The translations under genes were made by a program, and so were the position numbers. A stretch of 64,000 bases of DNA from Eledone cirrhosa (lineage: Eukaryota): assembly GCA_964016885.1 (NCBI GenBank), contig OZ024740.1, positions 270,134,001 through 270,198,000 of the forward strand, in the 5' to 3' direction. Numbering within the stretch: the stretch's first letter is position 1; each line of letters opens with the position of its first letter. Of the stretch, positions 27,240 through 39,307 are shown one piece after another. The notes beneath the pieces are model-generated. The model was not told where the DNA came from. It did no database searches and saw only the letters and a program-made list of their open reading frames with translations.

Positions 27240-27737
27240 AATGTCTTCCTTGTGAAATTTGTGGTCTTCTTTTGCTTAACTAATGAATATTTCCAGCTCT
27301 GCACGCCTAACTTCTGCATGAACCCAGCCACCTAGCTGCTTTCCACTGCATATTGCACATTGAGCACATGCCTTTACGTTTTGGCTTATAACTAATTCAC
27401 CAATATCTCCTCTTCTATGTCCTCACCTACCTCCATCTCTCTCTTTAAGATTGGTTACTCTTGAACTGTGTGTGAATATATATATATATATATATAAATG
27501 TAAGTATGTATGTATGAATACGTACATACATATATGTATACAGACGCACAGTAGTATGTATATATATATACATACATGCACACATATATATATGCACGTA
27601 TCGGTATGTATATATGTATGTATATATATACTACTGTGCATCTGTATACATATATGTATGTACGTATACATACATACTTACATTTAAGTAAGTGCCGTTC
27701 TAAAAGTGAGAAATCAAATTTCGTTTCATTCTATTCC

Positions 27738-27778
<41 letters not shown>

Positions 27779-28012
27779 CATACAGTTCAAGAGTAACCAA
27801 TTTTAAAGAGAGAGATGGACGTAGGTGAGGAGATAGGAGATGAGAGATTGGTGAGTTAGTTAGAAGCCAAAGCGTAAATGCATGTGTTCAATGTGCAATA
27901 TGCAGTGGAAAGCAGCTAGGTGGCTGGGTTCATGCAGAAGTTAGGTGTGCAGAGCTGGAAATATTCATTAGTTAAGCAAAACAAGACCACAAATTTCACA
28001 AGGAAGACATTA
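27240..28012. mobile_element. Foldback/MITE-like element: ~240-bp inverted arms around a microsatellite-rich spacer
   Basis: 27240-27480 is a slightly diverged reverse complement of about 27772-28012. Confidence 0.8.
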
Positions 28013-28959
28013 TTAAAAGATTGTCAACATATTTTAGTTTGATGTAAGCAATGTAGAGAATAATAATAATATTAATAATAATAATGTCCGTTTACAATTG
28101 ATTCGCTACTCCATATAATATTTCTGGATCAAATGACTATATATCATTATTGATTTGGTTCAGTTGAAAATAATTAACATAATTAAAGATAATAATTTCG
28201 TTATTAAAATTTCTAGTATATTAGGACTACTCGATAGGCTTATAATGTTGCTAGAAATAGAATCTAAAAGATTATCATGTACAGCTCGACAAATTAAGCA
28301 GCAGCGTAACCATTGAAGACTAATTAACCCTTAATTAATATTGAACTGCTCCAAAATGTAAATCTAACCTTAATGCAGTAAACATACACAAATACATGGG
28401 GTTATATAAATCAGTTTTAGGTGATTTTGTAGTAAATTGGGTAGGCACAACATTCTCCATCAATTGACATTTACATTTTAGTTTTAAAAAATATCAAAAC
28501 CTCGAGCCAATTGTTGGCGACTCTTGAAGTTAAACTGAGATATTTACAAAAAATGAATATCCTGAAAAGAAAATCTAATTTTTGTTAGCAGAAAAGGTAT
28601 CAACAAGAAATATATTACATTAGCATCATTGAATCTAATTATACTTAAGCCTGCTTTCATCAATGTACACACATTTTTACGAAGAGAAACACACTTCTGA
28701 ACAACTTTGGCAAATAAACTTCGCTGCAATTGATATATCTATCTGTATATTTGTGTTTGCCGTTAATTATTACGTACACGTTTCCTATGATTCTTAAATA
28801 TTTAAATTGTTCTGTTTTCTATTTTTACGTTTCAGCTATTTAATACCGACGAAGAGTCTACAGAATTCCGTTTCTCTTGCGTCAACACAGCCACCATAGT
28901 AAATATCTCCAATGATCTCCCTTTATCTTCTTCAGTTTTTATTTTATTTCTTCTGTAAA

Positions 28960-29520
28960 CAAGGCCAGCAATTACCCAGTGCATTACTGGTACTTTATTT
29001 TATCGACCCCGTAAGGATGAAGGGCAAAGTTAACCTCGGCGGGACTTGAACGCTGAATGGTAAGGGCCATAACTCTAGGCGTCAAAGCATGGCGTCCGAC
29101 CTTCTACCGATACTGCCAATCCACCGCCCTGTAAATAATTATTTCTACTTTTGGCACAAGGCCAGCAATTATCCCAGTGCATTACTGGTACTTTATTTCA
29201 TCGATCCCGTAAGGATGAAAGGCAAAGTTAACCTCGGCGGGATTTGAATTCAGACCATAAAGAGTCGTAACTCTTTGCTGCAAAAGGTGGCGCCCGACCC
29301 TCTACCGATACTGCCAATCCACCGCCCTGTAAATAATTGTTTCTACTTTAGGCACAAGGTCAGCAATTACCCAGTTCATTACTGGTACTTTATTTTATCG
29401 ACCCCGTAAGGATGAAAGGCAAAGTTAACCTCGGCGGGATTTGAACTCAGATCGTAAAGGGACGTAAATCTGCTGGAAAGCATGGCGTCCGAACCTCTAC
29501 CGATACTGCCAATCCACCAC
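28960..29520 (-). mobile_element. Three head-to-tail SINE copies
   Basis: Units separated by the repeated spacer CTGTAAATAAT. Confidence 0.9.
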
Positions 29521-30144
29521 TGTAAATAATATCAATAAAATATGCATTGCAGACACCGCCATTCGCATTCTATAAGTTTAATCCTCTGTATAAAAGTATG
29601 TCATTTATCAACAACCAGAATGGATAAAAACAATAATGATTGGGTGGATGATACTACTATCCATGCCAACTACGTAATTCACTTGTTTAATTTCTGCCTT
29701 ATTTTTGTAAATCCTTTAACACAATAAATACTAGTATCAAAATATCTTCAATAATCCATGAACTTGAACAAGAAGCACGCCACATTCGACAGCGATAAGT
29801 TCTTTCTTTCTTTTTTCATAATGCTATTTATTAGTTTGACACTCCCAGTCCATGGTAAGTGTGTATCAGGCACAAAACCTACCAGACAATATTCGCCTAA
29901 GAAATTGTAATTACTCTTGGCTAAATATAACCTTATGATGTCCAAAGATCAATATATTCTATTTACTTCAACTAAAAGAAGGTGAATGATATGACTTTTA
30001 TTGAAAGCAATAAGAATGAAAGTCATAAACAACAACCAAAAAGCCAGGAAAGGGTATTTAGCCTTGTTTGGTAACTATCATAGTGTTACTGTACATAATG
30101 AAAGCACTGGTAGTTGAAGTGGTATTATTATTATTATTTCTACA

Positions 30145-31075
30145 GGGCGGTGGATTGGCAGTATCGGTAGAGGGTCAGACACCATGCTTTCCAGCATAGT
30201 TACGTCCCTTTACGATCTGAGTTCAAATCCTTACGAGGTCGATAAAATAAAGTACCAGTAATGCACTGGGATAATTGATGGCCTTGTGCCAAAAAGTAGA
30301 AACAATTATTATTATTTCTGGCAGTGGATTGGCAGTATCGGGAGAGGGTCGGACGCCATGCTTTTCAGCAAAGAGTTATGGCCCTTTATGATCTGAGTTC
30401 AAATCCCGCCGAGGTTAACTTTGCCTTTCATCCTTACGGGGTTGATAAAATAAAGTTCAGTCACGCACTGGGGTCGATTTAATCGACTTTCCCCTCCCTA
30501 AAAATTGCTGGCCTTGTGCCTATATAAGAAACCATTATTATTATTTCTGGCAGTGGATTGGCAGTATCGGGAGAGGGTCGGACGCCATGCTTTGACGTAT
30601 AGAGTTACGGCCCTTGCCATTCTGAGTTCAAATCCCGCCGAGGTTAACTTTGCCTTTCATCCAACGGGGTCGATAAAATAAAGTACCAGCAATGCACTAG
30701 GTAATTGCTGGCCTTGTGCCAAAAGTAGAAACAATTATTTCTGAGTTCAAATACCACCGTGGTTAGCTTAATCTTTCCTCATTACGGGGTCGATAAAATT
30801 AAGTACCAGTAAAGTACTGTGGTAGATTTAATCGACTTTCCCCTCCTTCCAATAAGAAACCATGGTTTGGCCATATCGGTAGAGGGTCGGACGCCATGCT
30901 TTGCGGCATAGAGTTACGGCCCTTTATGACCTGAGTTCAAATCTGACCGAGGTTAACTTTGCCTTTTATCCTAACGGGGTCGATAAAATGATATACAAGT
31001 CACGCAATGGAGTCGATTTAATCGACTTTCCCCTCCTCAAATATTGCTGGCCTTGTGCCTATCTAAGAAATTATT
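30145..31075 (+). mobile_element. Five head-to-tail SINE copies or fragments
   Basis: Repeated A-box, B-box and core, with spacers ATTATTATTTCT. Confidence 0.88.
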
Positions 31076-31788
31076 GTTGTTTTTTCCCTTTTCATTCAGT
31101 ATTGTTTCTGATATATGCCGAGTGTCTTCATGAAGCCTAGGATAAATAAATTCAGTGTATACATTGGTAAGCCAGTTAACACACCACTTTGATTGAAATT
31201 TACAGCTTTAAAGAAAATAAATCATATATAATTATTTATTTATTTGTACACAAGCATACACACTCACACATATTTATATGTGCGTGGTTTTGTATACCTA
31301 TGGTAAGGTTTTGCGTATGCTTGTGTATGTACGTATCTGTTTGCGTGTATGTATTTATTTGTTTCTATTACTTCTGTATTGTATTTATTTACTTTGTTCT
31401 TAACTCTGTAGCGGAGATTCATTTGGTCTCCTAGTTAGAATTTTAGTCTACAACTTCTGCTATACCATTTACGTGGTTTTGTCTTTGCGTGCTATTGTTC
31501 TCCACGCTCCACATATGACTTATTATCTTCGTTTTTTAGTTCATTGCCAGAGAACGTCTCTATGCACCACCTAAGAGAACATTAGTCAACGACCTCTTTT
31601 ATACCATAAACGTGGTTCTGTCTTTGCGCGTAATTGTTTTTCACCGCTCCTATTAATGACGTATTATTCGTTTTTTCCCGTTCTTTGCCAGCGAACGTTA
31701 CCACGAACCAAAGTATCGTCTTCCTGTCTTCCTCCCGTTGCAACGTTTTTTGAAATACCCAGTTCTGCGTTCACAGATTGACTTTGTT

Positions 31789-31839
31789 AGTTTCAGAAGA
31801 TCCCGTTAAGGGTGAAAGCAGCGATTCTTTGCTTAAACT
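31789..31839 (+). ncRNA. Hammerhead ribozyme relic (CUGAAGA to CAGAAGA)
   Basis: AGTTT-CAGAAGA-t-CCC-gttaa-GGG-t-GAAA-GCAG-cgattct-TTGC-TT-AAACT, then AATAAA. All three stems form. Confidence 0.7.
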
Positions 31840-32191
31840 TTAATCTGTTATTTTAATAAATATTTGCTCTACGCTTCTTATATATTTGATATATATTTTC
31901 TTTATCGAGCCCTCTTTGGATTTTAGTCTTCAATTTTATTATTATTACTATACATATATAGATATATATACATATATATATATATACATAAACACACGTA
32001 TATATACACACACATATGTAGACATACATATATACTTACACATACATACACACATTTGTGTTTGTATGTATGTGTATGTATGTGTGTATGTATATATATA
32101 TATATATATTTTATATATATATATATACACACACAGATACAAATACATACACATACAAATACATATATATATATAAATAAAATATATCCAT

Positions 32192-32263
<72 letters not shown>

Positions 32264-33054
32264 CCATACAAGAAGGGATATCATTCTTACAGAGATAGTG
32301 CTCTTCTCAATACGTGTGCAGTATCAGTCAAAACAATTTTTTGCACTTCTTGCAAAGAGGGTAAACCAAGAATCATTCGCAAATCCTATTCTGTTCCTTT
32401 CTTGATCATTCCCAGTGCTCCCACACTCACTGGTATTTTAGCGGCCTTTATCATTATTAGGGCGGTGAATTGGTAGTATCGATAGAGCGTCAGACAACAT
32501 GCTTCGCAGCATAGAGTTATGGCCCTTTACGTTCTGATTTCAAATCCCGCAAAGGTTAGCTTTGTCTTTCATATATATGTTTACTAGAAATTATTAATTT
32601 TGACATAGATAGACTATTTTTATTTTATTTTATAAAAAATTTTTATATTTAATTTATTAATACATTTTTACACTTCTTAAACCAATTTTTACTATTTAAA
32701 CCCAATATAAAATAATATACCCTGTTTCTATATTTAGACCTCTAATATTTGAATACCTTCTATAATATTCGCACATACACCTCATCAACTTATTTTTTAA
32801 CCGTTATTTACAGCTGTTTTCAATTTGACAGCGTTCCTGATCAAATGTCTCTCTCTCTCTCTCACTTGCTCTATCTCTCTCTCTTCTTGCTTCTTTTTTT
32901 CTTTCTTCTCTTTCTTTTTCCTTTTTTCTCTTCTTCTTTCATTCTCTTCTATTTTCCTATCTATTTCTTGCTATAGTATTAACACATATATTTCTGTCAT
33001 ATGTAGACTGGGCACTTTCCTATAAACAAATTCCTCATATCATTGTACCCTATT

Positions 33055-33120
33055 TTTTATCTGAAGAGAACACAACATCTGTCCTAGGATGATTTTGTAT
33101 TCGAAATACGTATAATAAAA
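33055..33120 (+). ncRNA. Hammerhead ribozyme in a pLTR relic
   Basis: TTTTAT-CTGAAGA-GAACACAA..TTGTATTC-GAAA-TACGTA-TA-ATAAAA, with palindromic stem III. Confidence 0.75.
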
Positions 33121-33309
33121 TATATGGAACTCTTATAACCATTTTTATTTCATCTTTATTATATATACTCCAGTTCTACCAACTGTTGAGTGCTACTTAT
33201 CTGATATATGCATAGTTTTATTGTTCTACAATATTACTCACCTTCTATATTATGTGTACATATATTTATAAATGTATATATATATATATATGTATATATA
33301 TATGAGTAT

Positions 33310-33343
<34 letters not shown>

Positions 33344-33346
33344 ATG

Positions 33347-34110
33347 AGAGACGTAAAATAAGAAAATTATAAAATTAACTTACTTACTAAAATTTCACTC
33401 CCAACTAATTAGTTTCTGAAATGAAATAAATATATTTTCCGAAGAAGATATAGAGAATCATTTCGTCGTCAGGGAAGTCTATTCTCAGCTAAGTTTCCAG
33501 GCAAAGCGGGGACTCTGGAAACTTATTCAAAAATAATTCAGTGGATAGAAAATAGCAAAGCGTGGACTGAATTCCTAGACATTGAGAAAATCACTACCTA
33601 CTGCGTCGGTGGCAAATTCAAAAAGAATCAATCACGTGACATCGAGGTCAATCAGTGGAAAGTGGTTTGTTAAGAAGACGGCGGCCTGCCTGCTACCATA
33701 GCAGCAGTCTTGGCCAATATTGCTCGACAAATAATTTGGAGATAATTATAAGAATTAATATATCTAGTAACATATATAATTATTTGTCGAGCAATATTGG
33801 CCAATACTGCTGCTATTGTAGCAGGCAGGCTGCCGTCTTCTTAACAAACCACTTTCCACTGATTGACCTCCATGTCACGTGATTGATTCTTTTTGAATTT
33901 GCCACCGACGCAGTAGGCAGTGATTTTCTCAATACTAATTAGTTGGGAGTGAAATTTTAGTAAGTAAGTTAATTTTATAATTTTCTTATTTTACGTCTCT
34001 TATATTATTGTTCTGCAACCCCATGCATTGAACCACAAAGTTACTAAGACAAAACCTATATATTTGCTAGCATTGATATGCATCTGTATGTATATATATT
34101 TTACTAGATA
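33347..34110. repeat. Inverted pair of a hammerhead-bearing family related to 55025-56385
   Basis: Minus arm 33347 to about 33777, plus arm about 33778-34110 with an internal deletion near 33933. (TA)n flanks. Confidence 0.85.
33397..33478 (-). ncRNA. Hammerhead ribozyme
   Basis: ACTTCC-CTGACGA-c-GAAATGA..TCATTTC-a-GAAA-CTAATTAG-TT-GGGAGT. Confidence 0.82.
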
Positions 34111-34273
34111 TATTAATTCTTTATATATATATATATATACATATATATTATACACATATACATATATATACACATATACATATATACACATATACATATA
34201 TATACTCATATACATATATACATATATGTATATGTACACATATGTATATACACATTCACACACACGCACACAC

Positions 34274-34337
<64 letters not shown>

Positions 34338-34672
34338 TCCCGTGAGTTTTATTAACACTGAAACCTAAGATGTTTGCAACCGTGTAATTAATGATAGCAG
34401 CATTCATACATACTTTGAGCGAAAGAATAAAGAAAAATATTTTTGAAAATGGCATTTTTACTTCTACTGCTAGTGTAAAAGAAACACTAGATATGACAAA
34501 ACTAATTATAAAACAAGCTACCTGGTAACATTGATAGTTTGTATCAGGCGAAAAGATCTAGAACCATATGAGTCAATATCGATGCTGGTATTCTATGGGG
34601 CAGAAAAACGTCCCCACACACTACCTCAGACATAGTGAGAAGCAGAGGCACGAGATGGAAAAACACGTGTGT

Positions 34673-34807
<135 letters not shown>

Positions 34808-34849
34808 AGAACTGCTGATGGGTCCATCAAAGTTAAAAAATTAATAATA

Positions 34850-35404
34850 CGAGTGTGGATGAAAAGCTCATAGGCTGACCAAGATATTTTCCTGGAATGA
34901 CCAAATTAGGTTTATTTTTCAAAATTGACCCTGGAAAGAAACAAATCAGTTATTAATGGAAGAGTTGAAGTTAATGCATGACATATTTTACAGCTTTAGA
35001 ACCAATCTTTCATTTTCAGCCGACTCACATACAGAAAATTAACCTGAAGGTAAGGTGACTAAATTATTCAACATTTTAACATAGCAGTCCACCATGGTTT
35101 TTCAGAATTCTGTTTACAAATGTAATGATTAATGAGCGGCCTAAATTACTAAATAGTAAAATTTAGCCACATTATTCTGCTATGTGAATAGCTACAATAC
35201 AAACATGTGAAACATACGAAGGACGGATGAAAGGATGACAATGCAGGATTGATGCTAGAGCTGTGAAATATTGCATGTATTAATTTCAATACCGCTTATT
35301 AATAACTGTATTGTCTCTTCCCAGGGACTATGTTGAAAAATAAACCATTTTGTCATTTAATGAGAGTAACTCGGTCGGCCTATGAACTTTTCAGCCGATC
35401 CTCG
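34850..35404. mobile_element. Mariner-type MITE
   Basis: TA|CGAGTGTGGATGAAAAGCTCATAGGCTGACC ... GGTCGGCCTATGAACTTTTCAGCCGATCCTCG|TA. Confidence 0.8.
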
Positions 35405-35570
35405 TACTAGAGACGGGTTGCATATTAGTATGCAGATTAATATTTAATATGCAGATTAATATTTAATACTTATCAAAAGTTGTACTTGAATAATTGGTGA
35501 GACAAGAACACTTTCCTTCCTGCTCCCATAATTGAATTTATTTTGATTTTATATTTACGAAGTTGATATA

Positions 35571-35958
35571 CGAGTTTGGCTGAAAATTTCATAGGCTAAC
35601 CGTGCTGTAATAATTGTTTCTACTTTAGGCACAAGGCCAGCAATTACCCAGTACATTACTGGTACTTTATGTTATTGACCCCGTAAGGATGAAAGGCAAA
35701 GTTAACCTCGGCGGGATTTGAACTCAGACTGTAAAGGGACGTAACTATGCTAGAAAGCATGGCGTCCGACTCTCTACCGATACTGCCAATTCCCCACCCT
35801 AACCATGCTGTAATAATATTTCGAATGTCATATCTTACTCTTTCTTTTTTAATAACTGCATATAGTCTCTTTCCAACGACCATGTTGAAGCATAACCCTC
35901 ATTTGGTCATTCAATAAGAATATCACAGTCAGCCTATGAACTGTTCAGCCGACCCTCG
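35571..35958. mobile_element. Mariner-type MITE of the same family, interrupted by a SINE
   Basis: TA-flanked imperfect TIRs. The internal minus-strand SINE has TSD AACC(G/A)TGCTGTAATAAT. More decayed copies lie at about 39940-40140 and 40345-40520. Confidence 0.8.
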
Positions 35959-35962
35959 TAAT

Positions 35963-36367
35963 AATAGTTTCTACTTTTGGCACAAGGCCAGCAAATACCC
36001 AATGAATTACCGGTACTTTATTTGATCGAGCAATTTGGTGAGAGGAGAAAGTCGATTAAATCGACATTGGGGCATTACTGGTGCTTTATTTTATCGATCC
36101 CATAAGGATGAGAAGCAAAGCTAACCTCGGCGAGATTTGAAATCCTAACGTAAAGGGTCATAACCCTATGATGCAAAGCATGGTGTCTGACCCTCTACCG
36201 AATAATAATAATTGTTTCTTCTTTTGGCACAAGGCCAGCAATTATTTCAGTGCATTACTCGTACTTTATTTTATCGACCCCGTAAGGATGAAAGGCAAAG
36301 TTAACCTCGCCAGGATTTGAACTCAGACCGTAAAGGGCCGTAACTCTATGCTGCAAATCCACTACCC
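35963..36367 (-). mobile_element. Two tandem SINE copies
   Basis: Core and B-box on the minus strand. Confidence 0.8.
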
Positions 36368-36651
36368 TCGTAATAGTATCACTCACACTCTAATGTTGAT
36401 TTGATCGTCTAACAATCCGAAACATCCTTTCTTTTTCACAAGAATATAAATAGCTATTAAGCAATACCAGTTGGTTAGCAGATAAAATAACTCTCAGTAT
36501 TTTTAATGTCCCCCAATCATCTTTGTTTATACCCTTCAAATGTGAGCTTTTTTTTTTCAAGATATTTATTATTTTGTTTTGAACTTAAAGGGGAACATAT
36601 GAATTTGGCACCATTTTCTGTCTATATAGTCAATGTGAAAATATAGATATA

Positions 36652-36978
36652 CAGGGTGGGCCAGAATTCATGACTCACTTGATTATTTATAGATCTATTA
36701 ACACAGACTGCAGTCTTCAGTGATGTTGTCTATTTTAGAAAATAATATCACACATTTAACACGTTTTTCCAAGCTTAGCAAACGATGTGCAATCGTTAAT
36801 CAAATTTACGAAAAATAAATAAAAAACCTGAGGTATATTAAGAAATAAAAATATAAGTTAAGAAACCTGCTACGCATATTAAGAAATAAAATAATAAATT
36901 AAAACAATACAATAACAATAAAATAAACATGTTAAGAAATATAACTAACAAGCGAGTCATGAATTCTGGCCCACCATG
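36652..36978. mobile_element. Tc1/mariner MITE
   Basis: TA|CAGGGTGGGCCAGAATTCATGACTCACTT ... AAGCGAGTCATGAATTCTGGCCCACCATG|TA. Confidence 0.88.
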
Positions 36979-38304
36979 TACATATTCGAGCAGATTCGGT
37001 TAGCTCTATGCTGCATGTATACATATATAAATTCACCGTATACTTCAGCTTCTTGGTGCACGATTTAAAACAGATTTAAATTATTCCATTAGCTTGAAAC
37101 CCGTTATCGGTTTATTATTTTTATTGTTCTTATTCTGTTCCACAGAAAATAAACTTATTAAATTTGAAATAAGCTTTCATAAACATTTGCTTGAAGTAAT
37201 ATGACTTATTTGAACAAATTTCCTGAGAGAATAAGAGTCAATAAACCTGGCCATAATTTGTGTTGAGAGGTCAAAATAGTGTTGCTCCTGGCTAACATTT
37301 ATATATAGACTGATTTATAATTTGATAGTTGAAATTGCTTCTATTATAAATACTTGTGAGTTGTCCCTTAGAAACCAACGTTTTAGTAACCCAGTCTATT
37401 AGCTAGTTATTTTAATCAATATGTTAAACCTATTGCAAAAGTAATATATTTGATTTCCTTAAAGATATTATGTCTCTATGATTGATGGAAAACTTATATT
37501 AAAGCAGTTCGAAAACTTGCATTAAAGCAGTTCGAAAGTCAAATACGGTTTGTAGTATTTGCTTATAGATCTTTAATTTCTGAGTACATATCGCACTAAG
37601 TAAATATTGTTTGCTGCTTTCAATAATGTGATGTGAGTGATCAACTAAAGGCTAGTTTGTTTCACTCTCATAGTGTTTTAGCTGAAGTAACTAAGGCAAG
37701 TTCACGTTCCTGTAACTAGTTCCAGGCGAAGATTATAAAACAAACATGGTCAAATTAAACGTGAGCTAGTTAATAAAGTATATATGTATATGTTGGTTAT
37801 ACAGATATCAAATAACTATAACAATGTATAATGATAGATGTATTCTATTTCATTGTGCAACTTAGATTTGATGAATAAGCATTCACTATTTAATAGTCGA
37901 TTCCTTTTGGATTCTCCCTGCTGTTTTCCTAAAAGCAAATGCAATTTCACATAAATATCTCTCACTATTTCATTTGATCTATGACGTACATTTTTTCGCC
38001 TTTTTAAATGCTTAAATCATTCACACCTCTTATAGAAAATGTAGACTAAATCAATTTTCACTACAATATTACTAATATTATATTTAGATGAATGACGTCA
38101 ACAGTGAATAATATTTTCCCTCTCACTCTATTTGAGTTAGTTCTCTCAAGTTTTCATCATGCAGAACTATTTGACCAGAAAGACGAACAAGCCATGGTGT
38201 ATATCATATTGGAACAAAAGCTGTGTTTTTGCTTTCATTTCTCAATGTTGAACAATGATTGTTAACGTTCTATCTCTATCCGATATTTAGTTATCCGACT
38301 ATAA

Positions 38305-39307
38305 TAATTGTTTCTATATTTGACAAAAGGCTAGCAATTTGGAGGAAAGGAGTAAGTTGATTAAATCGACACAGTGCGTTAATGATACTTTATTTTATCG
38401 ACCCTGTAAAGATGAAAGGCAAAGCTAACCTCGGCGGAATTTAAATTCAGAACGTAAAAGGACGTAACTATATGCCACAAAGCATGTCGCCCGACGCTCT
38501 ACTGATACATTGCCCTCATCCCACTATAAATAATCGTTTCTGATTTAGGCACAAGGCTAACCTTTTTGGGGGTGAAGAAAGTCGATTATATCAACCCCAG
38601 TGCGTTATTGATACTTCATTTTATTGATTCCGTAAGGATGAAAACCAAAAGTAATCCCAGCGGGATTTCAACTCAGAACGTAAAGAACCGTACCCACATG
38701 CCACAAAACATGTTGTTCGATGCTTCACCAATTCTTCCAATCCACCACTCTCATCTCACTATAAATAATTGTTTCTACTTTTGGCACAAGGCCAGCAATT
38801 ACCCAGTGCATTACTAGTACTTTATTTTATCGACCCCGTAAGGATGAAAGGCAAAGTTAACCACGGCGGGATTTGAACACAAATCATAAAGGGCCATAAC
38901 TCTATGCTGCAAAGCATGGTGTTCGACTCTCTAAACATACTGCCAATCCACCCTTATATAAATAATTGTTTCTACTTTAGGCACAAGGCCAGCAATTAAC
39001 CAGTGTATTACTGGTACTTTATTTTATCGACCCCGTAAGGATGAAAGGCAAAGTTAACCTCGGCGGGATTTGAACTCAGAATGGCAAGGGCCGTAAATGG
39101 TTTCTTATATAGGCTATCAATTTTGGGGGAGGGGAAAGTCGATTAAATCGACCCCAGTGCGTGACTGGTACTTTATTTTATCGACCCCGTAAGGATGAAA
39201 GGCAAAGTTAACCTCAGTGGGATTTGAACTCAGACCGTAAAAGGCCGAAATTCTATGCTGCAAACAATGGCGTCCGACCCTCTACCGATACTGCCAATCC
39301 ACCACCC
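38305..39307 (-). mobile_element. Five head-to-tail SINE copies
   Basis: Repeated SINE bodies separated by (CA)CTATAAATAAT-like spacers. Confidence 0.88.
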
